Positions 18,491 through 30,728 of a stretch of 64,000 nucleotides of DNA are shown piece by piece. This DNA comes from an uncultured Holophaga sp. (GTDB lineage: Bacteria; Acidobacteriota; Holophagae; Holophagales; Holophagaceae). Where the stretch lies: assembly GCA_963664825.1 (NCBI GenBank), contig OY761614.1, positions 1,536,001 to 1,600,000 of the forward strand. The letters run 5' to 3'. Made by a program: the position numbers and the translations under genes. The first letter of the stretch is position 1. Every line of letters begins with the position of its first letter. The notes below the pieces were generated by a model, which saw only the letters and a list, made by a program, of their open reading frames with translations, had not been told where the DNA came from and ran no database searches.

Positions 18491-18931
18491 ATGCGGATGT
18501 CCACCAAGGGGCGCTACGGATTGCGCCTGATGATCGAGCTGGCTGCCGAGTTCGGTCGAGGGCCCGTGCTGATGGCCCTACTGGCCGAACGTCAGCACAT
18601 CTCGGTGAAGTACATTCCAGTGCTCGTGGGGGGGCTGAAGGCCGCCGGGCTTCTGCGGGCCACTCGGGGGGCCAATGGCGGCTACGAACTAGCGCGGGAC
18701 CCGGCCAGCATCACGGCCTACGAAGTGGTTTCGGCCCTGGAGGGGGATCTGAATCCCATGGAATGCCAGAGCGACCCCGCCTGCTGCCCGCATGTGGCGG
18801 CCTGCGCCGCCCGGGAAATGTGGTGCGAACTGGGGATTGCGATCAAGGAAACCCTGAGCCGACACACACTGAAATCCTTGGCAGAACGCCAGCACGAGAA
18901 AACCTTCGCAGCAGCGTCCTGGTCCATCTGA
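18491..18931 (+). CDS. Rrf2-family transcriptional regulator
   Basis: MSTKGRYGLR, RGANGGYELAR and a Cys cluster (CQSDPACCPHVAAC); divergent from cysK. Confidence 0.9.
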   Translation: MRMSTKGRYGLRLMIELAAEFGRGPVLMALLAERQHISVKYIPVLVGGLKAAGLLRATRGANGGYELARDPASITAYEVVSALEGDLNPMECQSDPACCPHVAACAAREMWCELGIAIKETLSRHTLKSLAERQHEKTFAAASWSI

Positions 18932-18970
18932 AAGCATACAAAGGGCCCCGCTTCGCGGGATGAGGCTTGT

Positions 18971-20035
<1,065 letters not shown>

Positions 20036-20195
20036 CTCCTTGCGGCGGGATCAGAATTCAAGGTTGAGGCAAAAAGCGAAAAAAACAAGAATTCTTTTTG
20101 TTTTCCGTCATTGCCACGGGATGTCCTGCAAGCCTTGGATGTATTCAATCAAGACCGAGCGCCCCTGGCGCCGATAGGATGATCTCGGCACTTCC

Positions 20196-22685
<2,490 letters not shown>

Positions 22686-22696
22686 CGGATCTGCCC

Positions 22697-23863
22697 ATGC
22701 CCCCCTATGAACGCGTGCTCGAAGGCAGTCTGGCCATCCGGATGGTGCTCCAGCGCCTCCTCCTGGCCAACGAGAGGATCACCATGGCCTTCCGCACGGA
22801 GCGCCGGGAATTCCAATTGCTGGCCCTGGAGGTCGAGCATCTGGCCCTGGCCATGGAGCGCGCCGAATTCGAGGAATGGCGACTCCTGCCGGGGGAAAAG
22901 GTATCCCTGAACTTCAAGGATCGGGGTTTCAAGTACGAGGCCGTGGCCACCTGCATGGGCCTGGATCAGGCCGAGGGCTTGTCGGTGTGCCGATTGGAGC
23001 TGCCCCGCAGTCTGCGCAGGGGCGACGCGGATCGCCTGGTGGACTTCGCCCCGGACCAGGAAATGGCCCGGGCCACCTTCACGAATTCGCGCAATGCCCT
23101 GCTGGATGGCCAGGTGACGGGCTTTGGCCGGGAAGGCTTGGAGCTATCCCTCCTGGATCCCCGGCAGAAGATCCAGGATTACTTCCGCATGGGGGAGGAA
23201 TCCACCCTGGATCTGCCCCTGGAAGGGGATCTGCGCCTGGTTGCTCCGACCCGGGTGGCCTATCTGGATGACCGGGTGGTGGGCCTCAAGTTCACCGAGA
23301 AGGCCGATACGGAGCTGCTGGGCAGCTACCAGAGCTGGCTCGAGGGGCAGGAACGCCTCCAGGCCCAGCGGGACCGGGAGACTTTCGAAGCCGGGGGCCA
23401 TCGGCGACCCCAGCGCTCGAGCGCCCCGGAAGTGCCCGGGGCGCGGATGTGGGTGGATCGGGACCCGCTCATCCTGGTGCTCACGGAGAACGAGGATTTC
23501 GCCAAGCGCCTGGCGGAGGGGCTGGGGCGCAAGTTCGGTTTCATCAGCCTGGATTACATCAAGGGGAACGTGGGGCCCCTGCTCAAGGAGTGGGGGGTGT
23601 CGGGACAGGATTGGGGACGGATCCGCCTCCTGCTGGTCCACCACCGCCTGCGTTTAGTGAGCCCACTGGAACTCAGTCGGCACTTGGTGGAGCAGGAGAA
23701 ATGCCCCCTGCCCATCGTGCTGGCGGGCCCCGACGAGGACCTCGATCTGAAGCGAGTGCGCGCCCTGGAGGCCGGGGCCGTGGACTATCTTTCCGTGGAA
23801 CCCTTCAGGATCCTGGGCATCCTTAAGAAGCTCGATGAGCTCATTCGGCTCTTCGAAAGCTGA
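22697..23863 (+). CDS. Hypothetical signalling protein with YcgR/PilZ-like N-terminal half and degenerate receiver-like C-terminus
   Basis: LPRSLRR linker, beta-barrel-like VGLKF end, C-terminal PLPIVL..ALEAGAVDYL; directly downstream of the kinase. Confidence 0.5.
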   Translation: MPPYERVLEGSLAIRMVLQRLLLANERITMAFRTERREFQLLALEVEHLALAMERAEFEEWRLLPGEKVSLNFKDRGFKYEAVATCMGLDQAEGLSVCRLELPRSLRRGDADRLVDFAPDQEMARATFTNSRNALLDGQVTGFGREGLELSLLDPRQKIQDYFRMGEESTLDLPLEGDLRLVAPTRVAYLDDRVVGLKFTEKADTELLGSYQSWLEGQERLQAQRDRETFEAGGHRRPQRSSAPEVPGARMWVDRDPLILVLTENEDFAKRLAEGLGRKFGFISLDYIKGNVGPLLKEWGVSGQDWGRIRLLLVHHRLRLVSPLELSRHLVEQEKCPLPIVLAGPDEDLDLKRVRALEAGAVDYLSVEPFRILGILKKLDELIRLFES

Positions 23864-23889
23864 CACCCCTCAACCCTGTGAGGTCTTGA

Positions 23890-25131
23890 ATGCCGCTTGC
23901 TCTCCTGGCCACGGACCCCGTGGCCTTCAGTCTTCTGCTACTGGCCCTGGTGTGGCTGGCCGCCAAGCTGGGGGGGGAAGTGGCCCTGCGTCTCAAGCTG
24001 CCGGCCGTGGCGGGGGAGCTGGGGGCAGGCTTGGCCTTGGCTGCGCTCCATCACGGGTTTCCAGCCTTTCCGGCCCTGGGCGAATCCGCGGAAGTCGGTG
24101 TCTTGGCGAGTCTGGGCGTGGTGGTCCTGATGTTTTCCGTGGGCCTGGAATCCACGGTGCCCCAGATGATGAGGGTGGGCTTCGCGTCCCTGCGGGTGGC
24201 CCTTATCGGCGTGGTGATCCCCATGGGCCTGGGCCTTGGGGGAGCCTGCCTCCTGATGCCCTCCGGAACCCCCTTCCTGGTGGATCTTTTCGTGGGGGCC
24301 TGCCTCTGTGCCACGAGCATCGGCATCAGCGCCCAGGTGCTGCGGGAGAAGGGCATGGTCCATTCCCCGGAGGGCCGCGTCATCGTGGGCGCCGCCGTGA
24401 TCGATGATGTCCTGGGGCTCCTGGTGCTGGTGACGGTGAGCAGCCTGGTGGTGGCCACGGCCGCGGGAGGGGCTATGCCTTGGGGCACCCTGCTGCGCTC
24501 CCTCGGCCTGGCTGTGGCCTTTCTCCTTGGGGCGTTGACCCTGGGGCGCGGGATGGCGCCGCATATCTTCCGGGTCGCCTCCCGCCTTCGTTCGGAACAG
24601 TTGCTCCTGCCCTTGGGGCTGGGCTTTGCCTTTTTGATGGCCTGGATGGGCAGCCTGGCAGGCCTGGCGACCATCGTCGGGGCCTATGCTGCCGGGCTCA
24701 TCCTGGAGCCCTCCACCATCGAGACCCTGGAAGAGCGGGAATCCCGCAGCCTGGATGCCCTGCTGCACCCCCTCGTCACGGTGCTCGCGCCCATTTTTTT
24801 CGTGATCATGGGTGCGAGGGTGGATGTCTCGGCCCTGGTGGCCCCTCGGACCCTGCTGGTGGCTGGAGGATTGGGCCTGCTGGGCATCGTCGGGAAGTAT
24901 CTGGCGGGGCTGGCCGGGGGGCGCGGGCTCCGGAGCACGATCATCGGTTGGGGCATGGTGCCCCGGGGGGAGGTCGGTCTCATCTTCGTGGCCGTGGGGG
25001 CCCAGATGCAGCTCCAGGGGCGGCCGCTGTTGGACGGGTCCATGCAGGCGGCCCTGGTGGGGGCCATCCTGCTGACGACACTGGTGGGCCCCGTGGGCCT
25101 GGGCTATGCGCTCTCGTCAAAGGTGCGGTGA
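23890..25131 (+). CDS. CPA2 cation:proton antiporter
   Basis: PAVAGEL, LMFSVGLE, ATSIGI, AAVIDDVLGL and GMVPRGEVGL motifs. Confidence 0.9.
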   Translation: MPLALLATDPVAFSLLLLALVWLAAKLGGEVALRLKLPAVAGELGAGLALAALHHGFPAFPALGESAEVGVLASLGVVVLMFSVGLESTVPQMMRVGFASLRVALIGVVIPMGLGLGGACLLMPSGTPFLVDLFVGACLCATSIGISAQVLREKGMVHSPEGRVIVGAAVIDDVLGLLVLVTVSSLVVATAAGGAMPWGTLLRSLGLAVAFLLGALTLGRGMAPHIFRVASRLRSEQLLLPLGLGFAFLMAWMGSLAGLATIVGAYAAGLILEPSTIETLEERESRSLDALLHPLVTVLAPIFFVIMGARVDVSALVAPRTLLVAGGLGLLGIVGKYLAGLAGGRGLRSTIIGWGMVPRGEVGLIFVAVGAQMQLQGRPLLDGSMQAALVGAILLTTLVGPVGLGYALSSKVR

Positions 25132-25135
25132 AGGG

Positions 25136-26362
25136 ATGCGCGGAATCCGGTGGCGATTATTCAGGACGGGTTGGGATCTCGGCATGGGCTCCCTGGTGGG
25201 CCTCCTGTCGGGCCTGGCCTCGGCCCTGTTCCTCTGGCTCCTGGAGCGGGTGATCGGCCTTCGCGGAGCGCACCTGTGGCTCATCGCCCTGTTGCCCCTC
25301 TTCGGTGTTCTCACGGCGTGGCTCTACCAGCGCTGGGGGCGGGCCGCCGAGGGGGGAGGCACCCTGATCCTGGACGAGGTGCTGGAGTTCAAGGGCCGCG
25401 TGCCCACGCGGATGGCCCCCCTGGTGCTCGTGGGCACGCTGCTCACCCATCTGGGGGGAGGTTCCGTGGGACGGGAGGGCACGGCCATCCAGATGGGGGC
25501 CAGCCTCGCCCGGACCATCGGCAAGCTGCCCTGGCCCTGGCTGCGCCTGACCCGGTCCCGCCAGCGGCTCCTGCTCATGGCCGGCGTGTCGGCGGGCTTC
25601 GGCTCCCTCTTCGGAACCCCTGTGGCCGGAGCGGTCTTCGGCATGGAGGCCATCGCCATCGGCAAGCTCCATTACGAAGGCCTCTTGATCTGTGGGGCCG
25701 CCAGCTTCGTGGGGAATGGGGTCTGCCGTTGGCTGGGGACGCAGCACGCGTCATACCACGTGGCGACCATGGCCCTGTCCCTGCCCCTGGGCCTGAAACT
25801 AGCCCTGTTCGCGGTGCCCGTGGCTCTCGTGGCCGGAGCCTTCTCCGAACTGATCCATGGGTTGGCCCTTTGGACGGGGCGGCGCCTTGGCAGCCCGTAC
25901 CTGCGGGCCGCCCTGGGAGGCGTGACCGTCCTCCTCCTGGCCCTGGCCTTCCGCACCACGGATTACCTGAACCTGGGCACGGTCTGGCTTCCCAGGGTCT
26001 TTGCAGGTACCGGCTCCGTGCCCTCCTGGTCCTTCGCCGCGAAGTTCCTGTTCACGGTGGTCACCCTGGGCTTCGGTTTCAAGGGGGGCGAGGTCACGCC
26101 CCTCTTTGTCATCGGCGCCCTCCTAGGGACGGCCCTCGCCCCCGCCCTGGCCCTGCCTCCGCCCTTCCTGGCGGCCGTGGGCTTCATTGCAATTTTTGCC
26201 GCTGCCAGCAATACGCCCATTGCCTCTACACTGATGGGGATCGAGCTCTTCGGATCCGGCTTTGCGGGCCCTCTCGTCATCACCTGTTTCCTGGCCTATG
26301 TTCTGGTGGGCCATCGGGGCATCTACGGCGGCCACCGCATCCAGACACCCAAACACTCCTGA
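25136..26362 (+). CDS. CLC-family channel/antiporter, CLC(F)-like clade
   Basis: GGSVGREGTA and GGEVTPLF signatures; about 11 TM segments. Confidence 0.85.
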   Translation: MRGIRWRLFRTGWDLGMGSLVGLLSGLASALFLWLLERVIGLRGAHLWLIALLPLFGVLTAWLYQRWGRAAEGGGTLILDEVLEFKGRVPTRMAPLVLVGTLLTHLGGGSVGREGTAIQMGASLARTIGKLPWPWLRLTRSRQRLLLMAGVSAGFGSLFGTPVAGAVFGMEAIAIGKLHYEGLLICGAASFVGNGVCRWLGTQHASYHVATMALSLPLGLKLALFAVPVALVAGAFSELIHGLALWTGRRLGSPYLRAALGGVTVLLLALAFRTTDYLNLGTVWLPRVFAGTGSVPSWSFAAKFLFTVVTLGFGFKGGEVTPLFVIGALLGTALAPALALPPPFLAAVGFIAIFAAASNTPIASTLMGIELFGSGFAGPLVITCFLAYVLVGHRGIYGGHRIQTPKHS

Positions 26363-26382
26363 ACGTTCCACGGAGGTCCACG

Positions 26383-27075
26383 ATGATCTACTCCACCGAA
26401 GTCCAGCACATGTGCCGCGTGGCCAAGGGGCCCAATCACGGCCCGGCGCCCATCCCCGAGGAGGGCCGCTGGGTCCAAGCCAAGGAGATCAAGGATATCT
26501 CCGGCCTCACCCATGGCATCGGCTGGTGCGCCCCCCAGCAGGGAGCCTGCAAGCTGACCCTGAACGTCAAGGAGGGCATCATCCAGGAGGCCCTGATCGA
26601 GACCATCGGATGCTCGGGCATGACCCACAGCGCGGCCATGGCCGCCGAGATCCTGTCGGGCAAGACGCTTCTGGAGGCCCTCAATACGGATCTGGTGTGC
26701 GACGCCATCAACACGGCCATGAGGGAGCTTTTCCTTCAGATCGTCTATGGCCGCACACAGACGGCCTTCTCCGAGGATGGTCTACCCATCGGCGCTGGGC
26801 TCGAGGATCTGGGCAAGGGCCTGCGCAGCCAGATCGGCACCATGTATGGCACGGTGGCCAAGGGTGTGCGCTACCTGGAGATGGCCGAGGGCTACGTCAC
26901 CCGCATGGCCCTGGACGAGAACGACGAGGTCATCGGCTACGAGTACGTCCACATGGGCAAGATGATGGAATCCATCGAGAAGGGTGTGGAGCCCGCGGAA
27001 GCCTTGAAGAAGGCCACCTCCAACTATGGTCGCTTCGACGAGGCCGCCAAGACCATCAACCCTCGGCATCAGTAG
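26383..27075 (+). CDS. NifU/IscU-like scaffold-family partner of the GGGtGRT protein
   Basis: GGAGG RBS. Motifs HGPAPIPEEG, GWCAPQQGACKL, GCSGMTHSA and NTDLVCDAIN. Confidence 0.8.
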   Translation: MIYSTEVQHMCRVAKGPNHGPAPIPEEGRWVQAKEIKDISGLTHGIGWCAPQQGACKLTLNVKEGIIQEALIETIGCSGMTHSAAMAAEILSGKTLLEALNTDLVCDAINTAMRELFLQIVYGRTQTAFSEDGLPIGAGLEDLGKGLRSQIGTMYGTVAKGVRYLEMAEGYVTRMALDENDEVIGYEYVHMGKMMESIEKGVEPAEALKKATSNYGRFDEAAKTINPRHQ

Positions 27076-27086
27076 GAGAATTGACC

Positions 27087-28088
27087 ATGGCTCTGTTTGA
27101 AAGCTACGAACGCAGAATCCCCCAGATCGAAAAGGTGCTGGCCCAGTACGGCCTCAAGTCCCTGGAAGAGGCCAAGGCCATGAGCGAGGCCAAGGGCGTC
27201 GATGTCTATGGCATCGTCAAGGGCATCCAGAACCTCGCCTTCGAGAACGCCTGCTGGGCCTACATCCTGGGTGCCGCTATCGCCCTCAAGAAGGGCCAGA
27301 CCAAGGCCGTGGACATCGCCCTTTCCCTAGGCGAGGGCATGCAGGCCTTCTGCATTCCCGGCTCCGTGGCCGATGATCGCAAGGTGGGCCTGGGCCACGG
27401 CAACCTGGCTTCCAGGCTGCTCAAGGAAGAGACCAAGTGCTTCGCCTTCCTGGCGGGCCACGAATCCTTCGCCGCCGCCGAAGGGGCCATCGGCCTGGCC
27501 CGCAGCGCAAACAAGGCCCGCAAGGAGCCCCTGCGGGTGATCCTCAACGGCCTGGGCAAGGATGCCGCCCAGATCATCAGCCGCATCAACGGCTTCACCT
27601 ACGTTCAGACGAAGTTCGACTACGCGACCGGCAAACTGGCCATCGTGAAAGAGATCGCCTACTCCAAGGGCGAGAAGGCCAAGGTGCGCTGCTTCGGCGC
27701 CGATGATGTGCGCGAAGGGGTGGCCATCAACCATCACGAGGGCGTGGACGTGTCCATCACAGGCAATTCCACCAACCCCACCCGCTTCCAGCATCCGGTG
27801 GCAGGCACCTACAAGAAGGAATGCCAGGAACAGGGCAAGCCCTACTTCTCGGTAGCTTCGGGTGGTGGCACCGGCCGCACACTGCATCCGGACAACATGG
27901 GCGCCGGTCCTGCCTCCTACGGCATGACCGATACCATGGGCCGCATGCACAGTGACGCCCAGTTCGCCGGGTCCTCCTCCGTGCCCGCCCACGTGGAGAT
28001 GATGGGTTTCCTGGGCATGGGCAATAACCCCATGGTGGGAGCCTCCGTGGCCGTGGCCGTGGCGCTGGAAACGGCCCAGAAGGGATAG
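27087..28088 (+). CDS. GGGtGRT-family protein
   Basis: Literal SVASGGGTGRTLHPDN motif; N-terminus MALFESYERR; AGGAG RBS. Confidence 0.92.
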   Translation: MALFESYERRIPQIEKVLAQYGLKSLEEAKAMSEAKGVDVYGIVKGIQNLAFENACWAYILGAAIALKKGQTKAVDIALSLGEGMQAFCIPGSVADDRKVGLGHGNLASRLLKEETKCFAFLAGHESFAAAEGAIGLARSANKARKEPLRVILNGLGKDAAQIISRINGFTYVQTKFDYATGKLAIVKEIAYSKGEKAKVRCFGADDVREGVAINHHEGVDVSITGNSTNPTRFQHPVAGTYKKECQEQGKPYFSVASGGGTGRTLHPDNMGAGPASYGMTDTMGRMHSDAQFAGSSSVPAHVEMMGFLGMGNNPMVGASVAVAVALETAQKG

Positions 28089-28100
28089 TTCCGCCGGGAG

Positions 28101-28619
28101 CTATTTCAAGCGCAGCGGGCAACCCGCCACCAGGAGCCAGGCCTCGTCCGCTTCCCGCGCCGTGGCCTGGCTCAGCCATCCCGCCAGGTCTCGGAAGCGG
28201 CGGAGCCCGGGTTCAGCGGGTACCAGGGACCAGCCCACTTCGTTGCCCACGATGACCGTGGGCCAGGGCGCCTGCTTGAAGTGTTCCAGCAGGCGCTGCC
28301 AGCCCTCCAGGATGCCTTCGTCGGAGGCCTCCAGGCGCCCCGCCAGCCATACCGTGAGGCAGTCCAGCACCAGACCCGAGGGGGGTGGGTCCAGGTGGGC
28401 CAGGGCCGCGGCGAGATCTCCTGGGGCCTCCAGCGTGCGCCAGGTGGTGGGGCGTTCCTCCCGGTGGCGCCGCACCCGGTCTGCCATCTCGGCATCCTCA
28501 GGGTCCACGTGATAGGTGGCGGCGTAGACCACCCCTTCTCCCCAGCCCCGGGCGAGATTAAGGGCGAAGCGGCTCTTGCCACTGCGCACGGGTCCTGTGA
28601 CGAAATGAAGGCTTCCCAT
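28101..28619 (-). CDS. cobU: Adenosylcobinamide kinase / adenosylcobinamide-phosphate guanylyltransferase
   Basis: GPVRSGKS, RVRRHREER, LDCLTVW, NEVGWSLVP and RRFRDLAG motifs. Confidence 0.9.
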   Translation of the reverse strand: MGSLHFVTGPVRSGKSRFALNLARGWGEGVVYAATYHVDPEDAEMADRVRRHREERPTTWRTLEAPGDLAAALAHLDPPPSGLVLDCLTVWLAGRLEASDEGILEGWQRLLEHFKQAPWPTVIVGNEVGWSLVPAEPGLRRFRDLAGWLSQATAREADEAWLLVAGCPLRLK

Positions 28620-28683
28620 GGGACATGCTAAACCCGCGACCGGGTTTCGACCCAGGTTCTAGAAAAGGGCCGGGCCCTTGCCT

Positions 28684-29175
28684 TCAGGCCGAGGCGAAGA
28701 CCTGCCGGATATCGGCCAGGAGACGGGTCAGCTCCTCTTCGGTGAGGTTCAGAGGCACCTGCTGCTTCACTTCATCCTTGCGGTAGAAGGCGATGCGCTT
28801 GAGAACCAGCTTGTCCCGGCCGATGGAGATCTCGTTGAACTGGATCTGGGTGTCGTCCTTGTAGGGGGGCAGGCTCCGGATCTGGATATACATCCCCCGC
28901 CGGTCATGGTCCACGATCTCCAGGTGTTCCCGGAGGTAGTTGACCTGCTGCGTGAGACGCTCGGCTTTGGACTTCAGTTTGGCGAAGCTCTGCTTCTTGA
29001 GGGGCTGATGTTCGAGGCTGAGATGCCCCACTTCCACCTGCAGGCCCCGCCTTCGCACGGCTCCCTCCACCATCCCATTGCGGGTTGGGTCACCGTCTTG
29101 GAAGAGTTCGAAGCCCTGAAAGTCCCCGGGAAGGCTGGTATCTTCGTAGCGCTTGGCCTTCCTGGACATCTTCAT
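28684..29175 (-). CDS. Hypothetical protein
   Basis: GGAG RBS, gene-like codon bias, fills the gap between cobU and yhaM. Confidence 0.65.
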   Translation of the reverse strand: MKMSRKAKRYEDTSLPGDFQGFELFQDGDPTRNGMVEGAVRRRGLQVEVGHLSLEHQPLKKQSFAKLKSKAERLTQQVNYLREHLEIVDHDRRGMYIQIRSLPPYKDDTQIQFNEISIGRDKLVLKRIAFYRKDEVKQQVPLNLTEEELTRLLADIRQVFASA

Positions 29176-29355
29176 GGCTCCGCCTTCAGAGGTTCGAACA
29201 TTCAGCAGGAAATTTCTTCCTCTTTATCGGTGCTTCCTCTGAAAATACTGAGCCGTATTTTTCATCCTGGGCGAGACGTGCCTGGAATATCCGGCAAATC
29301 CTCCCGGCTGTCGAGCCCCCCTAGAAAAATTTCACGGGCGGCGCCCCGGGAAAAA

Positions 29356-30339
29356 CTATTCGAGCCGGGTGGCCTTGGGCCATCGGACTTTATAGATCAT
29401 CCGATCCAGGGAGCGGGAAAAAGGCGTCCAATTGCCGCTCCCGGCCTCCTCCCCGATGCCGCGGAACATGCTTTCCAGCTTCCCATCCAGGTCGTCCAGG
29501 TAGTGCAGGAGCAGGGCCTCCGGGGTCTTGGGCAGCACAGGGGAACCGAATTCGAGCCGGCCATGGTGGGCAAGAACGATATGCAGGATCTGCATCTTCA
29601 GCTCTTCCGGGAAGAGAGGGATCTGGGCCATCTCCCGGGAGATCCATTCCGCTTCCATGGAGATGTGGCCGATGAGGTTGCCCGCATCGGAATATCCGAA
29701 GCTGCGCAGATAGGTGAGTTCGGACGTCTTCCCCAGATCGTGGAGGCAGACCCCCGCCATCACGAGATCCCGGTTCAGGGCCCCGTAGTGCTCGCAGGCC
29801 CGTTCCGCCATGCCCGCCACCGAGAGGGTGTGCTCCAGCAATCCTCCCAGGCAGACGTGATGGAGGCTCTTGGCGGCAGGGGCCTTGGCGAAAGCGGCCC
29901 TCAGTGTTGGGTTTTCGATGAACATGCCCTGGAGCAGCTTGCGGATCCAGGGGTCCCCGATGGAGAGGATGAGCCCATCGAGTTCGGTCAGCATCTCCTC
30001 CTGGGGACGCTTGCTCATGGGGAAGAAGTGGGAGAGATCCCCCACTTCGGCGTCTTCTGCGAAGCGGACCTTCTCCAGCCGCAGTTGCTTGCGTCCCTGG
30101 AATTCCTCCACCTTGGCCTTGAGCCTCAGGAAGACATCGGGAACGATGGCCTCGAAATCCCCCTCCACGGCCCGCAGATCCCACAGGAAGCCCTTCAGCT
30201 CGGAGCTGGAGTCCGCCACTTTCACTTCCAGGTATTCCCCCCCGCTGCGGCTGGTCTTGTAGGCCGCCTCGGTGGCCAGCAGGAAGCCGACGAAGGCGTC
30301 TCCCGCCTTGAGATCCCGGATCAGGGCTTGTTCGGACAC
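29356..30339 (-). CDS. yhaM: OB-fold/HD-domain 3'-5' exoribonuclease, YhaM family
   Basis: PAAKSLHH, GGLLEHT, LHDLGK, HIVLAHHG and HYLDDLD motifs. GTG start after AGGAG. Confidence 0.85.
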   Translation of the reverse strand: MSEQALIRDLKAGDAFVGFLLATEAAYKTSRSGGEYLEVKVADSSSELKGFLWDLRAVEGDFEAIVPDVFLRLKAKVEEFQGRKQLRLEKVRFAEDAEVGDLSHFFPMSKRPQEEMLTELDGLILSIGDPWIRKLLQGMFIENPTLRAAFAKAPAAKSLHHVCLGGLLEHTLSVAGMAERACEHYGALNRDLVMAGVCLHDLGKTSELTYLRSFGYSDAGNLIGHISMEAEWISREMAQIPLFPEELKMQILHIVLAHHGRLEFGSPVLPKTPEALLLHYLDDLDGKLESMFRGIGEEAGSGNWTPFSRSLDRMIYKVRWPKATRLE

Positions 30340-30401
30340 GGGTAACTCCTCTGGGCTGGGCCCTGGTTCACAATAACGCATGCGTCTCGGCGAGGTCCGC
30401 C

Positions 30402-30728
30402 TCAGTGATCCGAGGGGCGCTTGGGACGGGGGGCCGTGGGGTCATCCAGGGGGCCTTCATCGAAGGGCATGCGCCTCTCCTCGATGACCTCCACGAAGGA
30501 CCACTGGTCCGACTTGGCGATGGTGGCCTCAGGAAGCCCCAGGATCCGGACCTTCAGCAAACGATTGAAGACCGGGAAATCCAATTGATCCCCGGCCTTC
30601 ACTTCGAAACTGGCCTTCCGAGGGATGTCGTTCACCCGCACCATGCCCTCGTCACAGAGCTCCCGCGCCAGTTCCCGGCGCTTGAGCAGATGGGTCTTCT
30701 TGAGAAAGAGATCCAGGCGCACGCTCAT
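30402..30728 (-). CDS. S4-domain RNA-binding protein (Hsp15/RqcP-like)
   Basis: MSVRLDLFLKKTHLLKRRELARELCDEGMVRVN..KASFEVKAGD. Confidence 0.85.
   Translation of the reverse strand: MSVRLDLFLKKTHLLKRRELARELCDEGMVRVNDIPRKASFEVKAGDQLDFPVFNRLLKVRILGLPEATIAKSDQWSFVEVIEERRMPFDEGPLDDPTAPRPKRPSDH

Noticed and set aside
25150..27075. 641-aa ORF suggesting a long N-terminal extension or fusion on the NifU-like gene
   Set aside because: The first ~410 codons are an alternate frame of the CLC gene (Pro/Gly/Arg-rich). The real start is the ATG at 26383 with a GGAGG RBS.
26262..28088. 608-aa ORF for GGGtGRT
   Set aside because: The upstream part is an off-frame read of the preceding gene. The family-like sequence starts at 27087.
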